Source of the DNA: a virus
IMG/VR virus record: IMGVR_UViG_3300020187_000029
Strand: one strand, 5' to 3'
Length of the DNA: 63,421 nt
The position numbers were made by a program, and so were the translations under genes. Positions 42,601 through 51,246 of this stretch are shown here, piece by piece. The notes under the pieces are model-generated. The model was not told the DNA's origin. It did no database searches and worked only from the letters and a program-made list of their open reading frames with translations. The stretch's first letter is position 1, and every line of letters begins with the position of its first letter.

Positions 42601-45600
42601 GACAATCACAGTTTGAAAAAGTAATTGATCAAGTTAAACAGGCAATTAAGCAAGCATTAAACTTACCTGCTGATGCAGATTTTGATATCAAAACAAGTAG
42701 TATTGATGCTGTTATAAACTCAAGTGCTGAGAAAATAATGTCTGCTACAAGTATTGATCCTAATGCAAATAAAGAATCAATTGATGTAGACGCAATTGAC
42801 GCACAGAGATATAAAAACCCTGAGCGTGAAGCAATAAAAGAATTCAATGCGTTAAAAGAAACATTAGAAAACGATCCAACACTATCACAACTTACTCCTG
42901 TGATGAAGGACGGTAAATATCAATTCACTAAAACAAAATCAGGTAAACTAAAAGTTAAAATATCTGGTCAGTCTTATGCTTTGGTTAACGGAGTTAATGA
43001 ACACTTTGAGGGGACTATTGAAGAGAAAATAGACCTGATTGGTGACAAAATTGTAGATGAATTTGAAGCAAATAAGGATGTACCTGAAGTAGTTAAAGGT
43101 TTAGGATGGTATAAAGATTTACATCTAAATATGAGAAACCTCTTTGGAGGTAGAACTAATTTCTTTGGTAGATTATTAGGTGCAACTTCAGGACAGACAG
43201 ATGTACAGCAAAATTACAAATATGCTACTCAAGCATTAGAGGCTTACTCAAAGGGTGCTTATGACAAGTACCTTGAAGAGTATAAAGAGTTTATTGACAG
43301 AGTAGAACAGTTTGAAAACGAAGAGGAATTAAATCAATTCTTTAACGAATATAAGGGAAGAGCAGTAAACGCTTTAAAAAAACAAGGAAAAACTGCTTAT
43401 AGCGAATCAAGAATTAAGCCTGATCCCAAAGACATTAACGAAACAAAAAGAAAGTTATTAAATCTATGGCCAAAGGCTAATCCTTTATATAGAACTGATA
43501 ATCCTACAAAACTATACGGTATTAATAGTCCTGCTGCTGCAAAGGTATTAGCAGGTATATGGTTGCAACAAACTCAGCAATCAAAGACAAATAACTTTTA
43601 TGAAAATGTTGTTGGTTTAACAACAAATCCTACTATTGATTTATGGGCTGCTCGTACAATAAGACGAATGGTTTATGATGGTAATGTTGATAGATACAGA
43701 ATTGCAGAGAGAGCAGAGCAAGGTGTAGATGAAAGAGTTTATGCTGCTGAAGCAGGAGGTTTTTCAGATTATCAATTAGCGGAAGAGGTTATCAAAAACG
43801 CTTCGGCAAAACTAGATATGGATCCCGATGATCTACAGGCATACTTATGGTTTGCAGAAAAGGATCTTTGGTTAAAAAAAGGATGGTCAAAAGGAACTGC
43901 CGCTAAGAAATCTGACTTTAGGGAAGAGGCTGCTAAAGATGATATCACTAGATATTATTTAGGATTAAGTACAGAAAGAGATCAGTATACAGATCCTGAG
44001 TTAGAAGCAAAAGATAACTTAGAGATAATAGAAGAGGAAAGACAGTCTATTCAAAACGACTTAAGAGAGGGTGACCTGGTATCATTAAAAGTAAACGAGA
44101 CACAGGGACAGTATTTAATATATCCTGAAAGAAGTTTTGATGCTGAGATGATTGTAAAATCGGATCAAGATATGACTCCTGTTTTGAAGAGGGCTATTGA
44201 GTCGGCAAAGAAACATGAACAAGAGTCGGTATTCTTGTCAGAGGTATTACCTATTGATGAGAGAATGGATCCTGAAACAATGGAGAGAGAATTGGCTAAA
44301 CGTCCAAACGCTCGGCCTGCTGTTGAAATGCAATTTAGAACTCCTATGAGTTTTGAAGAAGCATCTACTTTTGCTAGAGAAAATTTAGACAAAGAAGGTG
44401 TTCAATTAGGACCAGTAAAAACAGATATTTCTGGTTATACTTTTATAACTAATGAAGAAGGAAATAAGGTCTTAGGTGTTAAGTATCAGTTTGTTCCAGA
44501 GTTTGTTTTTGAAAACGAAGAGGATATTACAGATGATAATGTAAGGCAAGCAGTTAGTGACTGGAGTAATAATGCACATGAAACTAAATTAAATTTAGAA
44601 AACAACGAAAATGTTTTGTACTTTTACAACCATTATGTAGATACATTCGTTGCTCACAATAATCAATACAACGGAATCTTAAATAATATAGAAAATGGAT
44701 CAAAAGACATATTTAAAGGAACTAGCAAAACACGCACAAAGGAATACTTCCAATCAAAGGCCACAAGAGTCGAACCCCAACAAGGAAGTCCAAGTGTCGA
44801 TGCACAAAGACAACAAGATGAAGGGGATAGATCCCGCTTCTCTGGAACTGTATCGCCAAATGATGGCGGATCGATTTCAGGAGTCGAACACAGAAGAATA
44901 GATCAGGCAAAACTACCTGATCAACTTACACAGTTACTTACTACATTAAGTGGACAAGGCATGGTGCCTTCTAAACTTATACCCGCAATTAAGATATATT
45001 CTCAAAGAGTAGATGGTAAAGAACTATCTACTGAACAAGCGAGAATGCTGCTTAATAAATTCATGGGGTCTGAAGGTTTTAGACAAAGAGGATTTGAAAC
45101 AGGATCTATTGAAAATGCTAAGGACAGCGATGAAGGAAAGCAGGAAGTATATGATTGGGTAAACGAAAATCCCAACTATTACCAAACCATGGATATGAAA
45201 CAAACCATGGAACTAGTATTAGATGATATAAATTCTAGAGGTGGTTTTGAAAACGAACAAGTAATAAAAGATTTACTAGGTAGTAATACCACTGTTAAAG
45301 AATTAGCAAGAGTACAGTTAGCACGTCAAGCAGCATTACATCATTACGGATTAAAAGTCAGTAAACTTAGATCGGAGGGTGCATCAGGTGCGGAGATAGA
45401 TTCTGTAATTGATACAATGGCTAAAATAGAACGTGTTTTAGCAAAAGACGCTACAGAAGCAGGACAAGCATCTGCCGCATTAAGATCTTGGACAGCACAA
45501 ACAGCCGCTACATTAATTGACAGGACTGAACGTGCCATGGAGAAGTTTAATGAGGACATGGACAATAAGAGTAAGTTTGGTAATTTTATTCATAGGCTTT

Positions 45601-47885
45601 TTGGAGGTAAACAAAAATTAGAAAGCACAACACTATCACCAGAACAGCGTAAAAAAATTGAAGAGTTACACTCTATAATTAAAGACGCTCCTGCTAACAG
45701 TGAACTTGCTAATGTTGCTATGAGATCTATGTATAAATATATGGATTCGGTATTACCTTCTTACACATGGCAAGACACGTTTTTTGGTTTGCAATACGCA
45801 GCACTTTTATCAGGTGTTTCTACGCAAGTATTAAATGTAACATCAGGTAGTGCAAACATTGTTTTGCAACCGTTAATGGAAATGTCTAGAATAGATAAAA
45901 TATTTACAGGCGGTTACTTTGATTTCATAAGAAAGATTGGTTCTGGCACAAATAAAAAAGGTATGCAGCAAGGTTATAACATGGCTATGGATATCTGGAA
46001 AAATGGAGCCAGGGTAGATAAATACCAGAACTCTGAAAGCACACCAGATGGTGGTCAGTACAATGTTTTAGAAACTACAGAGTTTAAAGGTGGTAAAGCA
46101 AATCCTTACAACTACTATAAGTATGTGGGTAGAATGCTAAATGCTACTGATAGATTTATAAGTAAAGTTGGATATGAAGGTAGATATTATAATTATCTGA
46201 TAGATCAATTAAGAAAAGATGGTGTTCCTAAAAGTCAATTAAGAAAGAGAGCATCAGACTTATACTTAGCAACTGAAGTTAGTAGAACCGCACAAAAGGA
46301 AATGGAAACCTTAATGAACAGAATGCGTGAGGCTGATCCTGATACTGATTTTAGTAATATAGAAGTTGTTAGAGCAAGAGAATTAATGCACGAAGCACTT
46401 GCTTTAAAATATAGTGAGGACTTTGTTGACAAATCAGATGCTGAACTTGAAGTAATGAAGGAAAAAGATGGTTTCGATGGAACCATTGAAGAGTTTAAAG
46501 AATACATGAAGGCCATGAAAGAGGCTGAAATAAACGGTATTGCTACAGACGCTAACCTGGCAAGTAATGCACAGGTGTTTATAGACAATAGACCAGGAAG
46601 TTTTGCTCAACCTATTGCTTGGGTCGCTGAGAAAATTCGACAAGCATCCAATTCACAAAGTATAGGATTTGGTGGAAAACTTGCCATGAAATCATTTGTA
46701 CCTTTTACAAGTATTATTGGTTCAATTGGTGAATATATGATCGATGTTACACCTGGTATAGGTTTAGCAAGAGCATATATGGCTAAGGATGGTTTAGGTG
46801 AAAAAGGATCTAGAATGAGAGATGAACAAATGTCTAGAGCATACTTTGGTACAATGTCGTTTTTAGGTTTAGCAGCACTTGCGGCTAAGGCATATGAAGA
46901 TGATGATGAAGAACCGTTTTTTGAAGTAAGTGGTGGAGGTTACAACAACTCTAACATGTACACTAGAAACGATATGAAGAATGCTGCACTACCTCCATAT
47001 TCTTTTAAAGTTGGTGGTGTAGTTATGGATTATAGAAACATAGTTCCTTTAGCAATTCCAATGGCTATTATAGGTAATTATATGGAAACTCACAAGATGA
47101 CAGGAGGAAAAGGTGAGGTGTTTGATGACATGCAAGATAGATTGCTTATTGCTTATGCAAACTCTGCTAACTTAATTATGGATTCATCTGTACTTACATC
47201 TGTAAAAGAATTAACTGAGGCTATATTTGGTCAAGTAGATGGTAGAGGGTCTCAGTTTGATCCTAATACAGTTAGTGATTCTAGTTTAAATAAAACATTA
47301 CAGCGAATAGGTAAAACATCTATAAAATCTATTGGAGGAACTGTTTTAAGACCACTACCGCAAAACCTAAATTTATTTAGACAAACGACTAAAATTCTTG
47401 ACGCAAACTCATACAGTGCGGGAGATGCTAAAAATGCATTGTTATATGCAGCAGGACTTAGTCAAATTGCAGGTCAACCAAAGGTAGATGTGTTTGGTGA
47501 ACAGGCTAAAAGTTATCCAGGTGAAACAGTAATCCCTTATACTCATTGGTTTGGCTTAAGAGGTGAAGATGCTAGATGGCAGTTTTTAGATAAGTATAAT
47601 GCTTATCCTGGTAAAATTCAAAACAGACCTATGAAAATAGGAAGAGACATGAGAACTCTTACAGATGATGAACTTTACCAACATCAAATAACTACTGGTC
47701 AAGAGTTTAATAAACTCATTACTAATTATATGAGAGGAAGAGGTAGACGTGAAGATAAAATACTTACTTACTCAGGTAGATCTCAAAGCATGCACAAGAT
47801 GAACATTTCTAAAATGTGGGCTGCTGCTCAGGCTAAATCTAAACTGAGAAATAAAAAATCCTGGAGGAACACAATAATAGATTAA
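39675..47885 (+). CDS. Giant polyvalent-type virion/ejection protein (2736 aa) with ParB-like and zincin (HExxH) motifs
   Basis: PAVIDNEGNVLDGMKRLAAAY (nt 42042-42077) resembles the ParB/Srx DGxxRxxAA box. HEFAH lies at nt 42405-42419. Several Gly/Ala-rich hydrophobic segments. Lies directly upstream of the lysis genes. Confidence 0.55.
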   Translation: MEDEDILGVDPFVDLSTEEKEDKLIILADKLRKSRNTGMSGFEIQDIQSVIPDLNQNQFQEAVAWGNTFNRGRYEQGDELNSKFEGLFPELEGVQFPEYENNNGSINVLNAQTNPDNAQGKWGKIQGAIDKGTQMYDNQEVDGVIAQPGLLPEGTDESIKKNLIQYGQVLRHTDPEFNKKYQPGEDPFEDPRSAYEFTKQARNFQGTKFKVNALRYIASNYDKNLYDFVDKNEDFFKIMPELREDEEFMKMYKSHEDVASKYHDHIKANFGDMYSQDARDMLQTARLSGAMGPGVGGIMPGYLDTSVAVGVGAVVETLGNLGGGLYEFFAKHGDKLNPGLLLADAIGSSLASDETNEKLAELDEVYDRQAEVTADKISHFFSSDNWKDTSLGQYAYVPNEVAGADLADNPMYILPMTLKTVGEMAPAIVAAAYTGGGTLVAGSIMGGDQFFKSYHQTNKEARELGVDPEDAEAMALSIALVTGGTSALFNNPLARKGVGAMMGVRQRATKEAVKTLASSGSRQAAIKAGGKAYLKEVGGEELEELVQGGFENYTKYKYDQNSPNPVYGVDKFMSKEEFTNTVILTATATTLMASPNLGISSSQLEKEAWTTAGLDYANFEKSVQKELSKKNPKFTEETGQGMLEKAKVYETIVKPLKDSGVKINEITELADVVYNSMNAPTQPDAETSAEPTVEEKKAEIKNGIPKQGAIVDGGKVVSVIENIGDSATDSDLKTKLDNIQGRTFKMKRTSLETLYETNKEFKKFVDENPDMVYDGKNKNAPAVIDNEGNVLDGMKRLAAAYNRGQKGIRVFNEQETTVSKEEETSIVNAIDNIVSPTSENSTNESMQDIEKIGNHFQRVFKGSTIEFDQEVFNEEAQKRGLDPAKNKGFRDRNTNQIYINPKLATLDTPIHEFAHIWEDMLAEVNPDAHKKAMALIKGTKFHKEAVANGYGDRALNEALVQAIGEKSAKIFKDPKRQSQFEKVIDQVKQAIKQALNLPADADFDIKTSSIDAVINSSAEKIMSATSIDPNANKESIDVDAIDAQRYKNPEREAIKEFNALKETLENDPTLSQLTPVMKDGKYQFTKTKSGKLKVKISGQSYALVNGVNEHFEGTIEEKIDLIGDKIVDEFEANKDVPEVVKGLGWYKDLHLNMRNLFGGRTNFFGRLLGATSGQTDVQQNYKYATQALEAYSKGAYDKYLEEYKEFIDRVEQFENEEELNQFFNEYKGRAVNALKKQGKTAYSESRIKPDPKDINETKRKLLNLWPKANPLYRTDNPTKLYGINSPAAAKVLAGIWLQQTQQSKTNNFYENVVGLTTNPTIDLWAARTIRRMVYDGNVDRYRIAERAEQGVDERVYAAEAGGFSDYQLAEEVIKNASAKLDMDPDDLQAYLWFAEKDLWLKKGWSKGTAAKKSDFREEAAKDDITRYYLGLSTERDQYTDPELEAKDNLEIIEEERQSIQNDLREGDLVSLKVNETQGQYLIYPERSFDAEMIVKSDQDMTPVLKRAIESAKKHEQESVFLSEVLPIDERMDPETMERELAKRPNARPAVEMQFRTPMSFEEASTFARENLDKEGVQLGPVKTDISGYTFITNEEGNKVLGVKYQFVPEFVFENEEDITDDNVRQAVSDWSNNAHETKLNLENNENVLYFYNHYVDTFVAHNNQYNGILNNIENGSKDIFKGTSKTRTKEYFQSKATRVEPQQGSPSVDAQRQQDEGDRSRFSGTVSPNDGGSISGVEHRRIDQAKLPDQLTQLLTTLSGQGMVPSKLIPAIKIYSQRVDGKELSTEQARMLLNKFMGSEGFRQRGFETGSIENAKDSDEGKQEVYDWVNENPNYYQTMDMKQTMELVLDDINSRGGFENEQVIKDLLGSNTTVKELARVQLARQAALHHYGLKVSKLRSEGASGAEIDSVIDTMAKIERVLAKDATEAGQASAALRSWTAQTAATLIDRTERAMEKFNEDMDNKSKFGNFIHRLFGGKQKLESTTLSPEQRKKIEELHSIIKDAPANSELANVAMRSMYKYMDSVLPSYTWQDTFFGLQYAALLSGVSTQVLNVTSGSANIVLQPLMEMSRIDKIFTGGYFDFIRKIGSGTNKKGMQQGYNMAMDIWKNGARVDKYQNSESTPDGGQYNVLETTEFKGGKANPYNYYKYVGRMLNATDRFISKVGYEGRYYNYLIDQLRKDGVPKSQLRKRASDLYLATEVSRTAQKEMETLMNRMREADPDTDFSNIEVVRARELMHEALALKYSEDFVDKSDAELEVMKEKDGFDGTIEEFKEYMKAMKEAEINGIATDANLASNAQVFIDNRPGSFAQPIAWVAEKIRQASNSQSIGFGGKLAMKSFVPFTSIIGSIGEYMIDVTPGIGLARAYMAKDGLGEKGSRMRDEQMSRAYFGTMSFLGLAALAAKAYEDDDEEPFFEVSGGGYNNSNMYTRNDMKNAALPPYSFKVGGVVMDYRNIVPLAIPMAIIGNYMETHKMTGGKGEVFDDMQDRLLIAYANSANLIMDSSVLTSVKELTEAIFGQVDGRGSQFDPNTVSDSSLNKTLQRIGKTSIKSIGGTVLRPLPQNLNLFRQTTKILDANSYSAGDAKNALLYAAGLSQIAGQPKVDVFGEQAKSYPGETVIPYTHWFGLRGEDARWQFLDKYNAYPGKIQNRPMKIGRDMRTLTDDELYQHQITTGQEFNKLITNYMRGRGRREDKILTYSGRSQSMHKMNISKMWAAAQAKSKLRNKKSWRNTIID

Positions 47886-47887
47886 TT

Positions 47888-48328
47888 ATGAGAGAAATAG
47901 ACAAGATCATTGTGCATTGCACAGCGACACAGGAAGGTAAACCTATATCAGTTAGTACCATTGATAAATGGCACAAGAAAAGAGGTTGGTCAGGAATTGG
48001 GTATCATTATGTTGTGCAATTAGATGGTACAATAAATCGGGGGCGACCAATTGAAAAGCAAGGTGCCCATGTTAAGAATCAAAACAAAAGCAGTATCGGT
48101 ATTACATATGTAGGAGGAGTAGAATCTGAAAGAGGTGAAGACGGTAAATGGATTGCAAAAGATACAAGGACGGAAGCACAAAAAGATAGTTTAGAATATC
48201 TGATTGGTTTTCTTTGTGCTAGTTATCCAGGGTCAGAGGTGTCAGGTCATAATAATTGGTCTAGCAAAAGTTGTCCATGCTTTGATGCAAAAGAAGAATA
48301 TAAATCAATACAAGAAAAATATGTTTGA
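47888..48328 (+). CDS. N-acetylmuramoyl-L-alanine amidase (Amidase_2/PGRP, T7-lysozyme-like endolysin)
   Basis: IIVHCTAT...GWSGIGYHYVV...GAHV...NSSSIGI-like...SCPCFD signature. Confidence 0.85.
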   Translation: MREIDKIIVHCTATQEGKPISVSTIDKWHKKRGWSGIGYHYVVQLDGTINRGRPIEKQGAHVKNQNKSSIGITYVGGVESERGEDGKWIAKDTRTEAQKDSLEYLIGFLCASYPGSEVSGHNNWSSKSCPCFDAKEEYKSIQEKYV

Positions 48329-48488
48329 TAATTTAGGCTACGTTGTAGCAATATCAGAAAGGTTTAGGATTGGTCCAATGTTAGGTTGGGCATTCTACAC
48401 ACCTGATGATGAGGAAGACAACTATGAGTTGAATATTTATATAATATTCATAATGATTCACATTAAATGGTGGGAAGGGGATGAGTGA
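48321..48488 (+). CDS. Small membrane protein (55 aa)
   Basis: Start re-set to the ATG at 48321; the track start at 48204 lies inside the amidase gene. Hydrophobic C-terminus. Confidence 0.45.
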   Translation: MFDNLGYVVAISERFRIGPMLGWAFYTPDDEEDNYELNIYIIFIMIHIKWWEGDE

Positions 48489-48726
48489 AATAAACCTAAA
48501 TAAATTTTTGGCTAATAATTGGTCAATTGTAATAGGTTTATTGGCGGGTATATTTACAGCGGGAACTATCTTCGCACAATTTACTGCTCTTCAAGTAGAG
48601 TTAACAACTGTACACGAAAGGTTAGATAAAAAGATAAAGGTTATCAATGAATTAGAAGACAGAATAGTAGGTATAGAAAAAGAACTACAATACGAAAAAG
48701 GATATTTAGAAGGTAAGAAAAAATAA
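48481..48726 (+). CDS. N-terminal TM plus coiled-coil protein (81 aa), lysis-cassette member
   Basis: WSIVIGLLAGIFTAGTIFAQF TM segment followed by a heptad-like helix. Confidence 0.5.
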   Translation: MSEINLNKFLANNWSIVIGLLAGIFTAGTIFAQFTALQVELTTVHERLDKKIKVINELEDRIVGIEKELQYEKGYLEGKKK

Positions 48727-48732
48727 AAAGAT

Positions 48733-49170
48733 ATGAGTAAACCAAAAAAGAAATTTAAGGATACTAAAGTTGGTCAATTTTTACTTAAAAAAGTACCATC
48801 TATTTTAGGTATAGTTGGAGATGTATTGCCTGATGCAGGTGTATTGGGGTTGGTTAAAAATTTAATAGAGAAAGAAGATCCTAAAGTATTAACTCCTGAA
48901 GATAAAGAAACAGCACTAAAACTTTTAGATATTGACATGATTGAAATGCAAGAAGTCACAAAAAGGTGGACTTCAGATATGGCAAGTACATCATGGTTGA
49001 GTCAAAATGTAAGACCTATTACACTCGTATTTTTTTCGGTTAGTTATATTGTTGGTTGGTACCTAGATTATCCCTTAGAATCAGTCTCAGGTGTATTGAG
49101 TTTGATTGTAGGAGCATACTTTGGCTCCAGGGGAATTGAAAAAGTCATGGGAAACAATAGACATAGGTAA
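48733..49170 (+). CDS. Membrane protein (145 aa), holin candidate
   Basis: Two C-terminal TM segments. Last gene of the late block, next to the endolysin. Confidence 0.45.
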   Translation: MSKPKKKFKDTKVGQFLLKKVPSILGIVGDVLPDAGVLGLVKNLIEKEDPKVLTPEDKETALKLLDIDMIEMQEVTKRWTSDMASTSWLSQNVRPITLVFFSVSYIVGWYLDYPLESVSGVLSLIVGAYFGSRGIEKVMGNNRHR

Positions 49171-49185
49171 TTACAATGTAATTAC
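49167..49185. terminator. Hairpin at the convergent gene junction (GTAATTAC-aat-GTAATTAC)
   Basis: Two self-complementary 8-mers span both stop codons and are followed by TTT. The stem is AT-rich, so the hairpin is weak. Confidence 0.35.
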
Positions 49186-50424
49186 TTTATCCCTCAACAT
49201 TTCAAACATTTCAGATACCCTGTACTTAATTAAAATGTCTGAATGAAACTTTGTATACTTTGCTAACATCATTGGTGCCTGAGTGTCCTTATAATGTTTT
49301 GAAATTGTATTATCTGTTTGAAACATAAGTTCTCTTATATCAGCATCTGGAATACTAATAATGGATCCTGTTGTGTTGAATGCTTTTCTTGCTGACTTAT
49401 AACTATGACCTGTCAATTTCTTGAATTGCATTTGATTGACTTTCCAAACACTATCATCTACCGAACCACTCATTATTGGAAAAAGACTGTCACTGTTTGT
49501 GTTGGTTATATTATTTAATAATCGTATAATTTTCTTTATTGGATCTAGCCCCATATACACTAAGCCCATTTTATTAGTCTTTGATCTAAAGTGTTTGTAT
49601 ACCATATTCTTTTCAGCAAATAAATATGTATTATGATTTTCATAAGTAGAGTTTACAAATGACTTCATTGATAACTTCTCAAGGTCTTTAGCATACATTC
49701 CTCTCATTGAAAACATTAATAAATAAATCAAAATAGATATTACTTCTTTATTAAATTTTTTATCATTGGGGTTTAAGTCTTTAATTACATCAATTAATTC
49801 ATGAGATTTAATCCACTGTGGAGTGAAATTATTTTGTGGATTTGTTCTTACGTGAGGAAAAACATTAAATGTGATTTCATCTTTTAAAGCGTGAGAATGA
49901 ATTGCTTTTATTGCTCTATGATAAGTATTAAATGTAGCAGGACTTCTGCCTCTTTCTAACAGGACTTTTTTAAGTTTCACCCAAACCTGTTTCTGACATA
50001 CATCTTGAAAAGTGAGGTTCTTAATTCCAATATTAGAAGCAACTGATCTTACTTTGTTCTTATAATCATTAAAAGTGGTATCTCTCATTTGATCCTTAAG
50101 ATGATTATCTAGGTAGGAATTAATGTCATTTACATAAGATCCATAGGTTAATCTAGTTTTAGCCTCTTCAAATGTAAGAGTTCCAATAGCACTTTGCATG
50201 TGAAGATCATGAACAACATCCGTTAGTTTTTTTACTTGTTTATTCTTTTGTTCAAAATATGGATGATCAGGTTTTAACCTTTTGTTTTTTTTATCCCAAT
50301 ATTTTTTATACACTTTTATTGAAGTATATATTTTTTTATCTAGCAGTTTATTTTTAAAACGAACATGCAACAATACAGTTCCATCTTTATTAGTTTCGTT
50401 TCTGCTTCCAATTAATAGTCCCAT
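49171..50424 (-). CDS. int: Tyrosine recombinase / integrase (Bacteroidota-type, with an N-terminal arm-binding-like domain)
   Basis: The N-terminus LLHVRFKNKL..IKVYKKYWDKKNKRLK resembles arm-DNA-binding domains. The C-terminus carries MRGMYAKDL (R), LTGHSYKSARKAFNT (H..R) and SKHY (Tyr). Confidence 0.7.
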   Translation of the reverse strand: MGLLIGSRNETNKDGTVLLHVRFKNKLLDKKIYTSIKVYKKYWDKKNKRLKPDHPYFEQKNKQVKKLTDVVHDLHMQSAIGTLTFEEAKTRLTYGSYVNDINSYLDNHLKDQMRDTTFNDYKNKVRSVASNIGIKNLTFQDVCQKQVWVKLKKVLLERGRSPATFNTYHRAIKAIHSHALKDEITFNVFPHVRTNPQNNFTPQWIKSHELIDVIKDLNPNDKKFNKEVISILIYLLMFSMRGMYAKDLEKLSMKSFVNSTYENHNTYLFAEKNMVYKHFRSKTNKMGLVYMGLDPIKKIIRLLNNITNTNSDSLFPIMSGSVDDSVWKVNQMQFKKLTGHSYKSARKAFNTTGSIISIPDADIRELMFQTDNTISKHYKDTQAPMMLAKYTKFHSDILIKYRVSEMFEMLRDKVITL

Positions 50425-50445
50425 GGTCCCTGATTTGGTCCCTAA
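50424..50445. repeat. 22-bp direct repeat copy 1 (TGGTCCCTGATTTGGTCCCTAA)
   Basis: Identical to 50649-50670. It contains two TGGTCCCT half-sites 11 bp apart and begins at the A of the integrase ATG. Confidence 0.9.
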
Positions 50446-50559
50446 AACATAAAATGCTGTTTATAAGGTGTTAGCCTCAAAGTTATGCACAAAGCACGAA
50501 AATCTGATGGTAGGTTATTAACATTAGGTCAAAGTTATTGTATATATTTGCCGCTATGT

Positions 50560-50574
50560 TTAACATGATGTTAA
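50560..50574. promoter_or_regulatory. Perfect palindrome TTAACAT-G-ATGTTAA
   Basis: Read directly in the ORF-free 50446-50648 region. Confidence 0.45.
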
Positions 50575-50613
50575 TTTATCAGCATATCGGTATTCAAGAC
50601 TTCTACCTCATAA

Positions 50614-50649
50614 AAAAGAGACAAATCTAAGTAGAAATATCTCTCTTTT
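50614..50649 (-). terminator. Intrinsic terminator ending the early leftward operon
   Basis: Minus-strand AAAAGAGA...UCUCUUUU stem followed by UUUUUUAU. Lies 40 nt after the stop of 50692-50898. Confidence 0.55.
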
Positions 50650-50670
50650 GGTCCCTGATTTGGTCCCTAA
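50649..50670. repeat. 22-bp direct repeat copy 2
   Basis: Identical to 50424-50445. Confidence 0.9.
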
Positions 50671-50691
50671 TTTTAATGTTAATAACTTTGA

Positions 50692-50898
50692 TTATAGGCT
50701 CTTTGTCATTTTGTCAGACACTTTTACTATGAGTTTGCTTATACCTAATGTATCGTAAATTCTTGGACTTTTTGTTGACCTTTTATAAACGATGTAACCA
50801 TCTTTTTTTAATAGTAAAATTGCTTTTTGTATTCTTTCTTCTTCTTCTCTAAAGTGATTAAATATTTCACTTTCAATTACGTTATGTTTTCCAGGCAT
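50692..50898 (-). CDS. Hypothetical protein (68 aa)
   Basis: ORF. Confidence 0.55.
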   Translation of the reverse strand: MPGKHNVIESEIFNHFREEEERIQKAILLLKKDGYIVYKRSTKSPRIYDTLGISKLIVKVSDKMTKSL

Positions 50899-50908
50899 AT
50901 CTTTTAGT

Positions 50909-51244
50909 TTAAGTGTGATTTGAAAACCATCCTGAATGATCTCTAAAAGGTTTGTTTCTATTCTTCATATCCTCTGTTGGCTGCTCTTGGTCTTTTAAAG
51001 CAATCAATAACAGTATGAGATATCCTGTAAGATCCTTAACAGTATCTTCAGTCTTGTCGTATAGCCCTTTTTGTTTTATTCTAGATAATTTATCATCTAT
51101 CCTGGCACATAAAGATACTACTGCATCGCCCTCTCCAAAAACTTTAATAGGTGATGTAGCACTATCACCATAGTCAGCGTTTTTAGAGATGAGAAGGCTG
51201 ATGATTTCAGCACCAACCCTCTCAATTTTTTCTCTAGTATCCAT
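50909..51244 (-). CDS. DUF1599-like protein (all-alpha NTP-pyrophosphohydrolase-like superfamily)
   Basis: KNADYGDS ... ARIDDKLSRIK pattern recalled from that family. Confidence 0.4.
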   Translation of the reverse strand: MDTREKIERVGAEIISLLISKNADYGDSATSPIKVFGEGDAVVSLCARIDDKLSRIKQKGLYDKTEDTVKDLTGYLILLLIALKDQEQPTEDMKNRNKPFRDHSGWFSNHT

Positions 51245-51246
51245 TA

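Noticed and set aside
10305-47000. Short antisense or alternative-frame ORFs nested in the large late genes (about 60-150 aa each), for example 10305-10574, 11347-11691, 13777-14052, 17483-18002, 33485-33943, 40577-40840, 41693-42245 and 46235-46643
   Set aside because: All lie inside long, coherent plus-strand ORFs. Their products are Ser/Leu/Phe/Cys-rich shadow translations with no start or stop coupling to neighbours.
48395-48420. Plus-strand CTGATGA strings (for example 48404, 20033, 28826) as late-operon hammerheads
   Set aside because: None is followed by a helix plus GAAA and a UH cleavage context. All lie within coding sequence.
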